A DNA stretch of 62,797 bases, taken from positions 1 through 62,797 of the forward strand of contig NW_021832133.1 of the NCBI RefSeq assembly GCF_006345805.1, given 5' to 3'. The notes under the pieces are model-generated. The model searched no databases. It worked only from the letters and a program-made list of their open reading frames with translations, and had not been told where the DNA came from. Position 1 is the stretch's first letter, and every line of letters starts with the position of its first letter. Below are positions 1 through 13,138 of the stretch, piece by piece. The DNA comes from Octopus sinensis. Its lineage: Eukaryota. A program made the translations under genes and the position numbers.

Positions 1-295
<295 letters not shown>

Positions 296-946
296 TCAAA
301 ATTCTTCAGACACCTTTTCCAGAACAAATAAAATCAATCCTTCAAGTTGTACAGATCAACAATATTTTCAATAATATTTCTCACCAAAAATATATGGATA
401 TTTTGCTTCTTTATGCTTTTATAGTTTATTCCAAACAAATATCACTTCTCTTATATTTCTGCTAAATGTGATCAATGCCAATATTTAAAAATGTTGCAAA
501 TACTCTTTGGAAATCTATCAAAGTATATTTAAAAGAGAAAATTATCTCTTGCACATTTCAGACACAGAAGTAAAGAAATGCTTTCTCTCTCAGAGGAAAT
601 ATTTTACTGTAATTCAGCAATGTTTTATAGAAGCAGGATTATACATTTGTAGAATATCTTTGCAGAGTCTTTCAAACATGATACATATTGATGATTCTTT
701 AAAAGTAAAAAATACTTTTTAGCCAATTTCATGTGATTTTCTGAAAGAATAGAAAAAATAATATAAGACATCAAGTATGTTTAAAAGGCAGATATTCAAA
801 AGTGCAAATTTACGACATTTCTGTTTTCATAAATAGTAGAAGCAATCCTATATCTGAACTATTATATTCATCCCATCTCTCTGTTTTCAAGAAGCTTATA
901 TCAGGTGTGTAGACATATGTAGTATAATAACATCTCCTGGACATTA

Positions 947-1112
947 AGTCACGGAGTGGTTGGCGTTAGGAAGGGCATCCAGCTGTAGAAACATTGCCAG
1001 ATTAGACTGGAGCCTGGTGCAGCCTTCTGGCTTCCCAGAACCCCGGTCGAACCGTCCAACCCATGCTAGCATGGAGAACGGACGTTAAACGACGACGATG
1101 ATGATGATGATG
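947..1112 (+). mobile_element. RTE-type LINE 3' tail
   Basis: GTGGTTGGCGTTAGGAAGGGCATCCAGCTGTAGAAAC...GGACGTTAAAC followed by (GAT)n. The same tail is attached to RT-coding RTE sequence at 56302-57215. Confidence 0.75.
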
Positions 1113-1519
1113 ATAGACACACACCAATATACATGTCAATAACACTAGATATCTGATGCTTTCATCTCAGTCATGTGTCGTAAAAGAGATATCACACCTC
1201 ATCTGCCTCTTTCCGTACATTTATAAATACACACATACAGGCAGCTTAATGTCAATATTCTGTTGAATATGAAACATGAATAAAAGTTAGCAAATAATCA
1301 GTATGGATGACTAACAGCATCAAAATCTTTTGTGGGGAATTTTTCATGAAGGAAAAATATTGGTTGAGGTGGAGAAGGAAATTGGTGACAATCCTTCTCA
1401 ATGGGGGCAAATGATGTAGTTTTAACATTAAATTATTCTCGTTTTCTTCTTTATTTTTAAATTCTTACACGTTACAATTAATGTTTCTCTTCCTTCTTAC
1501 TTCGCACTGAAATATTGTT

Positions 1520-1600
1520 TATCGTGGTGAGTGAAAAATATAGCGACGCGTAATCACGGAGGTGTGAGTTCGAGTCTCATAGCCGGCCGCCAACACTTTT
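1520..1600 (+). other. tRNA-like 3' half (tRNA pseudogene or SINE head remnant)
   Basis: T-arm GTGAG-TTCGAGT-CTCAT at 1564-1580 followed by TTTT. No convincing acceptor or anticodon stem. Confidence 0.3.
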
Positions 1601-2491
1601 CTGCAAAATAGGGGTAGCTTATCCTGTTCAGGCTATATTATTAGCAATATCCTGCCTTTGAGAATTTAAATTCTAAAGCAAAATTCGTTTGTTTGTTTAC
1701 GTTCATCGTAATTTGAATTTAAATGTATATTTATTAAGAAGAGAGAAAAGGATAACTTAGGTAATTAATTGAAAATAGCATAAAAAACACAGAGTGCAAT
1801 TCATATATAATGCCTTAAATCCCAACAACGGACCATGGAATGTGTTTATGTGAAAAAAGATATCGAAAAACATTAGCACGTAAGAGTGAGAAAGAAACTC
1901 GGAAGGTATCAGGTGGTCGTGGGGTGCGCGATAAATAACAGCTAAACTGCTCTTCAATCGGTTTTTTCCCTTCTTTGTTGCTTTCATAACCGTTTGAATC
2001 CTTGCATGTACAGCAGAAATACGCAGAAATTTTCTGAAAATTCCCCCAAAATAAAAATATGTGATAAGCGGTTACATTGGGTGCTTAAAGAAAGACTCCT
2101 TTGAAAAATAGATATTAATTGTAAGTTGTAATGATGGAGAAGAACCTTCGGAAATAAAGACTTCCTAGGTTTTAAATAAAATCAGTTCCATTTCTTCTGT
2201 ATACAATATTTACTTTTCGTTTCAGTATTTCAAGTGCACACTCGTATTTTTATACATTCCGCATGTCTTAGAAATTACATCGTAATTTTCCCGCGGAATT
2301 TACATGTGAGGAAGAAAGAGAAAAGTTATCTACACAAGGTATCCATCGGACGTTAACAAATAATATAGGAAATAAGGAAAGATGCAATGAAATATCTGAA
2401 TGTAAAGGAGAACACAACGGAAGTATTGAAAGAACAGCCTCACCGAAGTTGAAAAAGTGGGTTTCCATCGCCAAAAAATTAGGGAAAGGTA

Positions 2492-4199
2492 CATTTGCTT
2501 CAGAAATTAATTAGCACTTCTCAAATTTCTACATTTTCTTAATTTAATTAACTTATTATCAGAAACGAACTCGTTTTTAATCAAAAATTTATTAAAACAT
2601 ATCCCAGCACACCACATAATTGTTATTAATCGTGAAATTTAGTCAATATCTTGTTGCTCCTCCTTTGGCAGCAATGACAGCTGCTACGCGGGTCGGCATG
2701 CTGTCTATGAGTGCCTGCAGGTACTGTGCAGAGATGGCCCTCCATGCAGCAAGAAGTGTCCCAAACAGCTCGTGTCGGTTCCTGTATTGCTGCACGTTCA
2801 AATCCCTACCCAATCGACTCCAGAGGTTCTCAATAGGGTTCAGGTCAGGTGACTGGCCAGGCCAGTCCATGACCGTCACCCCATGGTCCTTGAAGAAACC
2901 GGTTGTGAGCTTGGCTGTGTGGGGAGCGCGTTGTCCCGCTGGAGCACGTACTCCTCGCCACCAAAGAGGTATCCCGCAGAGGGTAGGCAGCATTCCGTAC
3001 TATCTCAACGTACTTTGCTGCGTTGATGTTGCCTTCGACGGCATAGAGCCGCCCAACACCACTGTAGCTGAACGCCCCCCCACACCATGCTTCATGGTGG
3101 GAGCAATGCAGTCTTTGTTGAAGCGCTCACCCCTGCGGCGTCGCACATGGACAGGCTTGTCACTGACGAGACTGAATCGCGACTCGTCAGTGAACATCAC
3201 TGTCCGTCACTGCTTCACTGTCCGTCACTGCTGCACGGTCCATGTCTTGTGGGCACGGGCCCAGAGCAGCCGCCTCTTCCGGTTTGGGGCTGTAAGGAGC
3301 GGCTTACGGGCGGCCCTACAGGATTTTAGACCAGCTTCCAGTAATCTGGTCTTGACAGTGGTTGTAGACAACTGCTTCCCTGTCACCTTTTGCATCTCCT
3401 CCGCCAGTTGCCGGCTCGTTGCCCTTCGGTTGTTCAGTGACTTTCGGATCAGCATCCGGTCCTCCCGCTGGGTCGTCAGCCTCTTCCGTCCCCTACCCTT
3501 TTTGTCAGCTGCTGATCCGGTTTCCTCGTATTTCTTAAATAAGCACTGAATTGTGCGCCTGGCTACACCAAGTTTTCTGGCTATTGCAGCCTCCGACAGC
3601 TTCCCACGCCACGAGAGAGCCTCGAACCGTCTCTCCAAGGTCATGCGAGGGCTTGGGCCCATCTAGGAATGAACGATAAAAACCAGTTATTTTCATTAAA
3701 ACTATTCATTTGAATAATGTTATGCTATAACAAAACTGCTATGAGTTATTATTCATTAAACAAAAAAGAAAGAAAGCAGAATTTCTCACCTTATTTGATG
3801 TATAACAGAAAGTTTTGTGAACCGGAAGAAATTGTGGAGAATTTGTGAGGAAAGAAAATCTTGCAAATACACAAATCAATTAACCTACGAGCTGTTCAAA
3901 ACGTCTTACGCGATGAGAAAACTTAGTACGGTGTGATTTCGGTCCTTGCGAGGCGCTACCTATATCTATTAAACAAAGGAAGATTTGTCTGCATCCGCAC
4001 TCCAAGTTGTTGTTGCACTGCTATGTCAACATCATTAGGATGCTGACTCTGAAACCGTTCTGCAAACAAAGTTACGTCATCGTTCTGCGCAACAGTGAAC
4101 TCGCAACAAAGCAATAGTTCGAGATATGGCCACTAGGTGACAGCACATACCTTGAGTGAAGAGCAAATCAAGGGTGCTAATTAATTTCTGACGGTAGTG
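2492..4199 (-). mobile_element. Tc1-like DNA transposon (~1.7 kb)
   Basis: 26-bp imperfect TIRs (CATTTGCTTCAGAAATTAATTAGCAC / revcomp CACTACCGTCAGAAATTAATTAGCAC), TA on both sides (2490-91, 4200-01), internal transposase. Confidence 0.92.
2643..3662 (-). pseudogene. Tc1 DD34E transposase pseudogene
   Basis: HTH region (ARKLGVARRTI..GRKRLTT), FTDESRF, frameshifted QRDNA and SPDLNPIENLW. Broken by TGA stops, an 18-bp duplication and frameshifts. Confidence 0.92.
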
Positions 4200-4325
4200 T
4201 AGGTGCGGTCCACGCCCTTTACCTCCGCTATTTCGTCATTGTTTAGTGAGATTCTTTCTTGTAACTTACTCAACACATCGAAACAAACAGACGTACGTAA
4301 TATGATACATATACAATAGAAATAT

Positions 4326-4630
4326 ACTTACATAGTAATATATATTCAGAGAGAGTCAACGATGAAAATATGAGAATATGCTGAATGAGTGAAAAGTTAG
4401 AGTGGACAGTGACAGCTTCAAGAGAATTTTTACGACGAATATTCATATTTAACAGGTCAACATAATATAAAAAAATGCTGCATCTGTTTCTTTAGACACT
4501 TAATTACCAATCACGTGTCTATTTAATTAGATTTTCTCTTAAATATCAGTTGTAAAGTGGAACTGAGCAAGCAATACACATGCATACGGAGCAACAAAAT
4601 TAGGAAGAATCAACAAGGGGAACTAAGTCT
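4326..4630 (-). promoter_or_regulatory. Putative promoter and non-coding exon 1 of ZNF gene 1
   Basis: GTAAGT donor at 4331-4326 and CCAAT at 4507-4511. Block conserved upstream of all three ZNF genes. Confidence 0.55.
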
Positions 4631-4643
4631 TGTCTTTATACTC

Positions 4644-5025
4644 TAGCGGTGTCATATGAAATTGTCACCCATAATTATGACCCTAGTATCGATCTATTGC
4701 ATTTCAATCTATTTTAGGGTTATGGGTGGGGGAAAGGGCATCTTTTTCTTCGCAAATGTAAATAAACCCAATCTGTTTCTTAAACGAGGGACATATTCAT
4801 ACAGCACAGAATTTTTTTTTTACCTCAATGGACGTCATTGATTGGTTGAAATTTCAGAAATTGAAGAAAAAAAACAACAAATATCTTACAAACCATAGAA
4901 TTTTCTCAATAAAGCCAAGAGAAAGAGATGTTTTATAAACACATTCTACCAGTATACGAAGTTTAAAATTTTTTAGTTACCTAGAAATTATGGTAAAAAA
5001 ACTGCCGTTCAAACCGAAAAGATCC
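4644..5025. mobile_element. Truncated MITE (GG-terminal TIR, Merlin-like family X)
   Basis: Ends in GCCGTTCAAACCGAAAAGATCC. Collinear with 28970-29326. Confidence 0.6.
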
Positions 5026-5929
5026 TATATGTGTTAAAAAATCTCATCACGCAATCGAACCAATGAGAGAGCCCCTGTCTGGTCGCTCGATATGCTAAAA
5101 ATAGCAGCCAAAGTATCCCCCTATCTAAATCACATGCCCATTGTACGTAATGTCCTAGATTATCCCTCAAAAGACAGTTTGCTGAAGGCTGGAATGTCTT
5201 TGATGATACGTTTGCTGTATCAGGTTTGATTTGAGGCTAAATAACATTATGGTAAATTTCTATATTAACTCCCGCATGATTTTCACTAAGAAAAAAATCA
5301 AAATGTTAGATTTTTTGTGTGGAATCAACTACCCTGACCTCATAATATGCTACAAAACAGGGTGAGGTGGAAGCGATTTTTTTTTCACCTTAGAAAAAAA
5401 CACATCAGGACAATGGAGAAGAGTTTGATATTATTTATTCAGCATTACATGTGTTTCATTTCCTAATAGGAATTACAAACATTTACATGTAGAGAAAAAA
5501 TGTAAAAGATTTCCTTTAAGAAAATCTTTCACCATACATGTGTGTGTGTATATGTACCCTTGTCCAGATATTATGTGATGTTCGTAAAGGGCCATCATGA
5601 CCGTCATACTTGTGCAGTTGTTCACTTCCAGTCCTCTGCGTCAAATATATCCTTGCTTGGAAACAGGTGAGGATTGGTCACAAGAAAGGTACCCAGATGT
5701 AGAAAATCTCCATCAATGAATTCCATCTGATCCACAGAAGCAAGAATAGGAGAATTTTAAATGATGAGGATCATCATCATCATCGTGGTTCCTCTTCTGT
5801 ATCAATGCATTTACATTTCAATAATTGATCACTTTCATAGATTGATTTAGAACGAATAGCTTAGGTTACAGTTATATCTTTCATATTAATAGGACTGTGT
5901 ACAAACAATTCACCATTTTGAAAGAATGA

Positions 5930-6523
<594 letters not shown>

Positions 6524-7297
6524 TCATGTATGAATCCATTTGTGAGTAGTTAGGCTACCGCTATAAGAAAATGATCTTCCACAGATATCACAGGAATATG
6601 GTTTCTCTCCTGCATGGATAATTTTGTGTTGAGTTAAGCCACTGTCCTGAGAGAATGACTTACCACAGACATCACAAGAATATGGTTTCTCACCTGTATG
6701 AACACGTTTGTGTGATGTTAAACTACAGCTCTGAGAGAAGGATTTACCACAGATATCACAGGTATATGGTTTCTCACCTGTATGAACACGTTTGTGATTC
6801 GTTAAGCTTCCGCTTCGAGAGAATGATTTATCACAGATATCACAGTGATATGGTTTGTCCCCTGTATGAACCCGTACGTGAGTAGTTAAGTTACCTTCTT
6901 GAGTGAATGATTTACCACAGATATCACATTCATATGGTTTGTCCCCTCTATGAACCAGTCTGTGAGTAGTTAAGTTACCTTCTTGATAGAATGATTTACC
7001 ACAGATATCACATTGATATGTTTTGTCCACTGTATGAATACGTATGTGAATAGCTAAGCTATGATTACGAGAGAATGATTTACCACAGATATCACAGTGA
7101 TATGGTTTCTTCCTTGTATGAATAAGTTTGTGCTGAGTTAAGTTACTGCCATTAGAGAATGATTTACCACAGATATCACAGTGATATGGTGCTTCCCCTT
7201 TATGAATTTGTTTGTGTTGATTGAATTTACTTTCTTCTAAGAATGACTCTTTGCAGATGTCACAGTCATATGATGATTTTCCTAATTCTTCCGACAT
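6524..7297 (-). CDS. C2H2 zinc-finger protein, 9 fingers (257 aa)
   Basis: Nine C-x2-C-x12-H-x3-H fingers with TGEKPY-type linkers. Strong splice acceptor at 7730-7728 upstream of a ~430-nt leader. Confidence 0.9.
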   Translation of the reverse strand: MSEELGKSSYDCDICKESFLEESKFNQHKQIHKGEAPYHCDICGKSFSNGSNLTQHKLIHTRKKPYHCDICGKSFSRNHSLAIHIRIHTVDKTYQCDICGKSFYQEGNLTTHRLVHRGDKPYECDICGKSFTQEGNLTTHVRVHTGDKPYHCDICDKSFSRSGSLTNHKRVHTGEKPYTCDICGKSFSQSCSLTSHKRVHTGEKPYSCDVCGKSFSQDSGLTQHKIIHAGEKPYSCDICGRSFSYSGSLTTHKWIHT

Positions 7298-8801
7298 CTC
7301 TTCAAGAAAAATAAAACTGAACCTTCAAGTTGTACAGATCAACAACTTTTCAAAAATATTTCTCCTCTCACCAAAATATATGGATATTTTTCTTCTTTTT
7401 TCTTTTATAGTTTATTCCAAACAAATATCACTTCTCTTATATTTCTTCTAAATGTGATCAATGCCAATATTTAAAAATGCCGCAAATACTCTTTGTAAAT
7501 CTATCAAAGTATATTTAAAAGAGAAAATTATCTCTTGCACATTTCAGACACAGAAGTAAAGAAATGCTTTCTCTCCCAGAGGAAATATTTTACTGTAATT
7601 CAGCAATGTTTTATAGAAGCAGGATTATACGTTTGTCAAATATCTTTGCAGAGTCTTTCAAACATGATACACATTGATGATTCTTTAAAAGTAAAAAAAT
7701 ACTTTTTAGCCAATTTCATATGATTTTCTGAAAGAATAGAAAAAATAATATAAGACATCAAGTATGTTTAAAAGGCAGATATTCAAAAGTGCAAATTTAC
7801 GACATTTCTCTTTTCATAAATTGTAGAAGTAATTCTTTATCTGAAGTATTAAATTTATCCAATTTCTGCATTACCAAAATGTTTATATCATCGAGTAGAC
7901 ACATCTATTATAATACCAACTCCTGGAATATAAAGTCTGTCATAGACTCACTTCCACACACACCAATATACATATAAATGACACTAGATTTCTGATGTTT
8001 TCATTGCAGTTTTGTATCTTTGTTTGCTAAAACAGACATCGCTCTTTCTCTACCTTCATCATCATCGTTTAACATCTGCTTTCCACGCTGGCATGGGTTG
8101 TGAGGTTTGACTGAGGACTGGCAAGCCATGAGGCTGAACAAGGTTTCAATCTTATTAGGCAAGATTTCTGCGTCTGCACATCAGAGTGACAAAGAAACTA
8201 GGGAGGTATCAGGTGGTCGTGAAATGCGCGAAAAATAACAGCTAAATAGCTTTTAAAGCACACAGTTTTTGCTTGTTTGTTGAATTCTCGTGTGTAGAAT
8301 ATATATTTGCAAAAATTTTCTGAAAATTCCGGAAAAAACAAAAGAATCCCCAGATATTAATTGTAAGTTGTAATGATGCAGAAGAACCACCAGAAATAAA
8401 GACTTCCTATCTCTCAAATAAAAGCCATTTCCTCTCGATACGATATTTGCTTTTCGTTTCAGTATTTCAAGTGCACACTCGTATTTTTATACATTACGCA
8501 CGTCTTACAATTTCGTAATTTTACCGTATTTAACGAAATTGTGAAATTTATATGTCAGAAATAAAGAGAAATCTTATCTGGATTGATCAGACGTTTTTAC
8601 AAATAATTTAGAAAATAACCAAAAGTGCAATGAAATGTCTAAAAGAAAACGACAACACAATGAAAGTATTAAAAGAACAGCCTTACTTTCATAAAATTTC
8701 GTCTTTGCTTAGTGAGATTCTTTCTTTTGACTTATTCAACACATGGAAACAAACAGATGTACGTAATATGATACTTAATACAATAGAAATGTCTTTATAA
8801 T

Positions 8802-9085
8802 ACTTACATAGTAATTGATAAAAAGAGAGAGTCAACTAGTCAGAGCTTTAATTGAATTTCTTCCTTTTTCCAAAGAACGTTAATTAATATTCTGCAGGTC
8901 GACAGAATGCTGCATTTGTTTCTCTGGACACTTAATTACCAATCATGTATATATTTAATTGGGTTTTCTCTTAAATATCAGTTATAAAGTGGAACTGATC
9001 AAACAATCAAGGTGCGTGAGAAACAGGAGCAAGAAATACAATTAATGAGGAAGGATTAATTATCAACAAGGGGAACTAACTCCAG
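8802..9085 (-). promoter_or_regulatory. Putative promoter and non-coding exon 1 of ZNF gene 2
   Basis: GTAAGT donor at 8807-8802 and CCAAT at 8939-8943. Homologous to 4326-4630 and 26620-26904. Confidence 0.55.
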
Positions 9086-9094
9086 TCATAAACG

Positions 9095-9817
9095 ACAAAA
9101 CTCACCATTACTCACTCACTCTATCCACCACTCTCTCTCAACCTCCCTCTCCTCCTCTATCTCATTCTTCAGCTCCCTCTCCACCTCTCTCTCTCCAGCT
9201 CCCTATCCTTTTCACTCTCTAGCACCCACTCCACCTCTAAACGACAAAACACACCATTACTCACTCACTCTATCCACCTCCCTCTCTACCTCCCACTCCA
9301 CCTCTCTCTCTCTCTCTAGCTCCCACTCCTCTTTCTCCAGCTTCCACTCCACGTCTATCTCTCTCTCTCTAGCTCTTACTCCCTCTCTCTCTCTATCTAG
9401 CTCCCACTCCATCTCTCTCTAGCTCCCTATCCTTTTCTTTCTCTAGCTTTTTTTCCTCTCTCTCTCTCTACCTCCTTCTCCTCCTCTCTCTCTCTCCACC
9501 TTTATCCCCTTCTCTCTCTCTAGCTCCCTATCCTTTTCTCTCTGTAGCTCCCACTCCCCCTCCTTCTCTCTTTCCAGCTCCCACCCCACCTCTCTCTTTA
9601 GCTCCCTATCCTTTTCTCTCTGTACCTCCCACTCCTTCTCTCTCTCTAGCTCCCACTCCATCTCTCTCTCTAGCTTTCTATCCTTCTCTCTCTCTAGCTC
9701 CCACCCCTTCTCTCTCTCTAGTTCCCATTCCCCCTCTCCCTCTCTCTAGTTCCCACTCCACCTCTCTTTCTAGCTCTCTATCCTTCTCTCTCTCTAGCTC
9801 CCACTCCTCCTCTCCCT
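9095..9817. repeat. CT-rich degenerate minisatellite
   Basis: Reiterated CTCTCTCTAGCTCCCACTCC-like units, strongly polypyrimidine. Confidence 0.85.
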
Positions 9818-9999
9818 CAGCAGACGACATCGAAGCTTCCTTCTGAACGGCTGAAAATTTCTTTCGCTCCAAATAAATAAAAATGATTTCTTTTGCAGCT
9901 TAGACATCCAGAAATCAATGTATTCCAGTCATTTCTGCAGGAATGTAAAACATTGTTTTCATAAACTTTAAAACTTCTTTCACAATAATAATAATAATA

Positions 10000-10393
10000 G
10001 GCGCAGGAGTGGCTGTGTCGTAAGTAGCTTGCTTACCAACTACATGGTTCCGGGTTCAGTCCCACTGCGTGGTACCTTGGGCAAGTGTCTTCTACTATAG
10101 CCCCGGGCCGACCAAAGCCTTGTGAGTGGATTTGGTAGACGGAAACTGAAAGAAGCCTGTCGTATATATGTATATGTATATATATATGCATTTGTGTGTC
10201 TGTGTTTGTCCCTCCGACATTGCTTGACAACCGATGCTGGTGTGTTTACGTCTTCGTAACTTAGCGGTTCGGCAAAAGAGACCGATAGAATAAGTACTGG
10301 GCTTACAAAAGAATAAGTCCCGGGGTCGATTTGCTTGACTAAAGGCGGTGCTCCAGCATGGCCGCAGTCAAATGACTGAAACAAGTAAAAGAG
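10000..10393 (+). mobile_element. SINE family A (tRNA-like head, ACCTTGGGCAAG core, central microsatellite, LINE-like tail)
   Basis: GGCGCAGGAGTGGCTGTG...GGTTCAGTCCCACTGCGTGG...AAAGGCGGTGCTCCAGCATGGCCGCAGTC. About 20 copies in the window. Confidence 0.85.
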
Positions 10394-10448
10394 TAAAGGT
10401 TTATTTTTTTCTCCAGACATCGTTACCACCAACTTTTATCAATTGACA

Positions 10449-12673
10449 TCTTGCAAGAATTTTTCTCCACAAATTTCTTAATAATTGTTATGTATGCCAT
10501 TTGAAAGGTGTCTGTATAAACTTTTATCGAAAAAAAACTTCATTTTCCCAAAAGTTACGAGAGAAAAGCTCGGATCTTGTGAATTTTCCGAGGTCGTCTG
10601 GTTGCCTCTTGCAAGAAATTTTCTCCACAAATTTCTTAATAATTGTTATGTATGCCATTTGAAAGGTGTCTGTATAAACTTTTATCGAAAAAAAACTTCA
10701 TTTTCCCAAAAGTTACGAGAGAAAAGCTCGGATCTTGTGAATTTTCCGAGGTCGTCTGTCCGCCCTCTTGCAAGAAATTTTCTCCACAAATTTCTTAATA
10801 ATTGTTATGTATGCCATTTGAAAGGTGTCTGTATAAACTTTTATCGAAAAAAAACTTCATTTTCCCAAAAGTTACGAGAGAAAAGCTCGGATCTTGTGAA
10901 TTTTCCGAGGTCGTCTGGTTGCCTCTTGCAAGAAATTTTCTCCACAAATTTCTTAATAATTGTTATGTATGCCATTTGAAAGGTGTCTGTATAAACTTTT
11001 ATCGAAAAAAAACTTCATTTTCCCAAAAGTTACGAGAGAAAAGCTCGGATCTTGTGAATTTTCCGAGGTCGTCTGTCCGCCCTCTTGCAAGAAATTTTCT
11101 CCACAAATTTCTTAATAATTGTTATGTATGCCATTTGAAAGGTGTCTGTATAAACTTTTATCGAAAAAAAACTTCATTTTCCCAAAAGTTACGAGAGAAA
11201 AGCTCGGATCTTGTGAATTTTCCGAGGTCGTCTGGTTGCCTCTTGCAAGAAATTTTCTCCACAAATTTCTTAATAATTGTTATGTATGCCATTTGAAAGG
11301 TGTCTGTATAAACTTTTATCGAAAAAAAACTTCATTTTCCCAAAAGTTACGAGAGAAAAGCTCGGATCTTGTGAATTTTCCGAGGTCGTCTGTCCGCCCT
11401 CTTGCAAGAAATTTTCTCCACAAATTTCTTAATAATTGTTATGTATGCCATTTGAAAGGTGTCTGTATAAACTTTTATCGAAAAAAAACTTCATTTTCCC
11501 AAAAGTTACGAGAGAAAAGCTTGGATCTTGTGAATTTTCCGAGGTCGTCTGTCCGCCCTCTTGCAAGAAATTTTCTCCACAAATTTCTTTATAATTGTTA
11601 TGTATGCCATTTGAAAGGTGTCTGTATAAACTTTTATCGAAAAAAAACTTCATTTTCCCAAAAGTTACGAGAGAAAAGCTTGGATCTTGTGAATTTTCCG
11701 AGGTCGTCTGTCCGCCCTCTTGCAAGAAATTTTCTCCACAAATTTCTTTATAATTGTTATGTATGCCATTTGAAAGGTGTCTGTATAAACTTTTATTGAA
11801 AAAAAACTTCATTTTCCCAAAAGTTACGAGAGAAAAGCTCAGATCTTGTGAATTTTCCGAGGTCGTCTGGTTGCCTCTTGCAAGAAATTTTCTCCACAAA
11901 TTTCTTAATAATTGTTATGTATGCCATTTGAAAGGTGTCTGTAAAACTTTTATCGAAAAAAAACTTCATTTTCCCAAAAGTTACGAGAGAAAAGCTCGGA
12001 TCTTGTGAATTTTCCGAGGTCGTCTGGTTGCCTCTTGCAAGAAATTTTCTCCACAAATTTCTTAATAATTGTTATGTATGCCATTTGAAAGGTGTCTGTA
12101 TAAACTTTTATCGAAAAAAAACTTCATTTTCCCAAAAGTTACGAGAGAAAAGCTCGGATCTTGTGAATTTTCTGAGGTCGTCTGGTTGCCTCTTGCAAGA
12201 AATTTTCTCCACAAATTTCTTAATAATTGTTATGTATGCCATTTGAAAGGTGTCTGTATAAACTTTTATTGAAAAAAAACTTCATTTTCCCAAAATTTAC
12301 GAGAGAAAAGCTCGGATCTTGTGAATTTTCTGAGGTCGTCTGGTTGCCTCTTGCAAGAAATTTTCTCCACAAATTTCTTAATAATTGTTATGTATGCCAT
12401 TTGAAAGGTGTCTGTATAAACTTTTATTGAAAAAAAACTTCATTTTCCCAAAATTTACGAGAGAAAAGCTCGGATCTTGTGAATTTTCGAGGTCGTCTGG
12501 TTGCCTCTTGCAAGAAATTTTCTCCACAAATTTCTTAATAATTGTTATGTATGCCATTTGAAAGGTGTCTGTATAAACTTTTATCGAAAAAAAACTTCAT
12601 TTTCCCAAAAGTTACGAGAGAAAAGCTCGGATCTTGTGAATTTTACGAGGTCCTCTGGTCGCCCTCTTGCAAG
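10449..12673. repeat. Satellite 1, ~14 monomers of 158/159 bp
   Basis: Near-identical tandem units starting TCTTGCAAGAAATTTTCTCC. ORF-track periodicity of 317 bp. Confidence 0.97.
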
Positions 12674-13138
12674 AGATATTCACCAGAAATTTCATTGCCA
12701 TCGTCAAATATGAGGTTTGAAAGTTATTTCTATAAATAAATTCATTGAAAATTAAATTCGAAGAATTAACATTGCAAAAGGTCATATATTATTTCCGTAA
12801 ACTCTATTTGAAATCAAGAAGCTGCAACAATCATCTTCATCTTCTTCACAATATTTGTATCCTTTAAAAAAGAAGCTGCTGTTGCTATTTTTCTGAATTT
12901 ATTTTACATTGTTTACACCCAGATTGGAACTTTTACTGTGCCTTGCACCAGAAAACATTATAGATTATCTAAAGACAAAACATATCACCAATGATGATGA
13001 TGAATTTTCAAAATTCTAGTCGTTCTATTGATGGGTTTGTCAATAGAACGTGCGCTAAATGGAAGAAGTAAAAAGCTCTTTCCATCAGGAAAGATACATT
13101 TTCAGAAAACTTTAAGCTGCCATTATATGTAAATTTTC

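Noticed and set aside
2620-3549. 309-aa plus-strand ORF
   Set aside because: Antisense shadow of the GC-rich Tc1 transposase.
9830-9960. Possible pogo-like DDE relic (IPAEMTGIH*FLDV) on the minus strand
   Set aside because: Too short and degenerate to support.
10485-12739. Repeated 60-226 aa ORFs in satellite 1
   Set aside because: They are the satellite monomer read through in shifting frames; no domain motifs.
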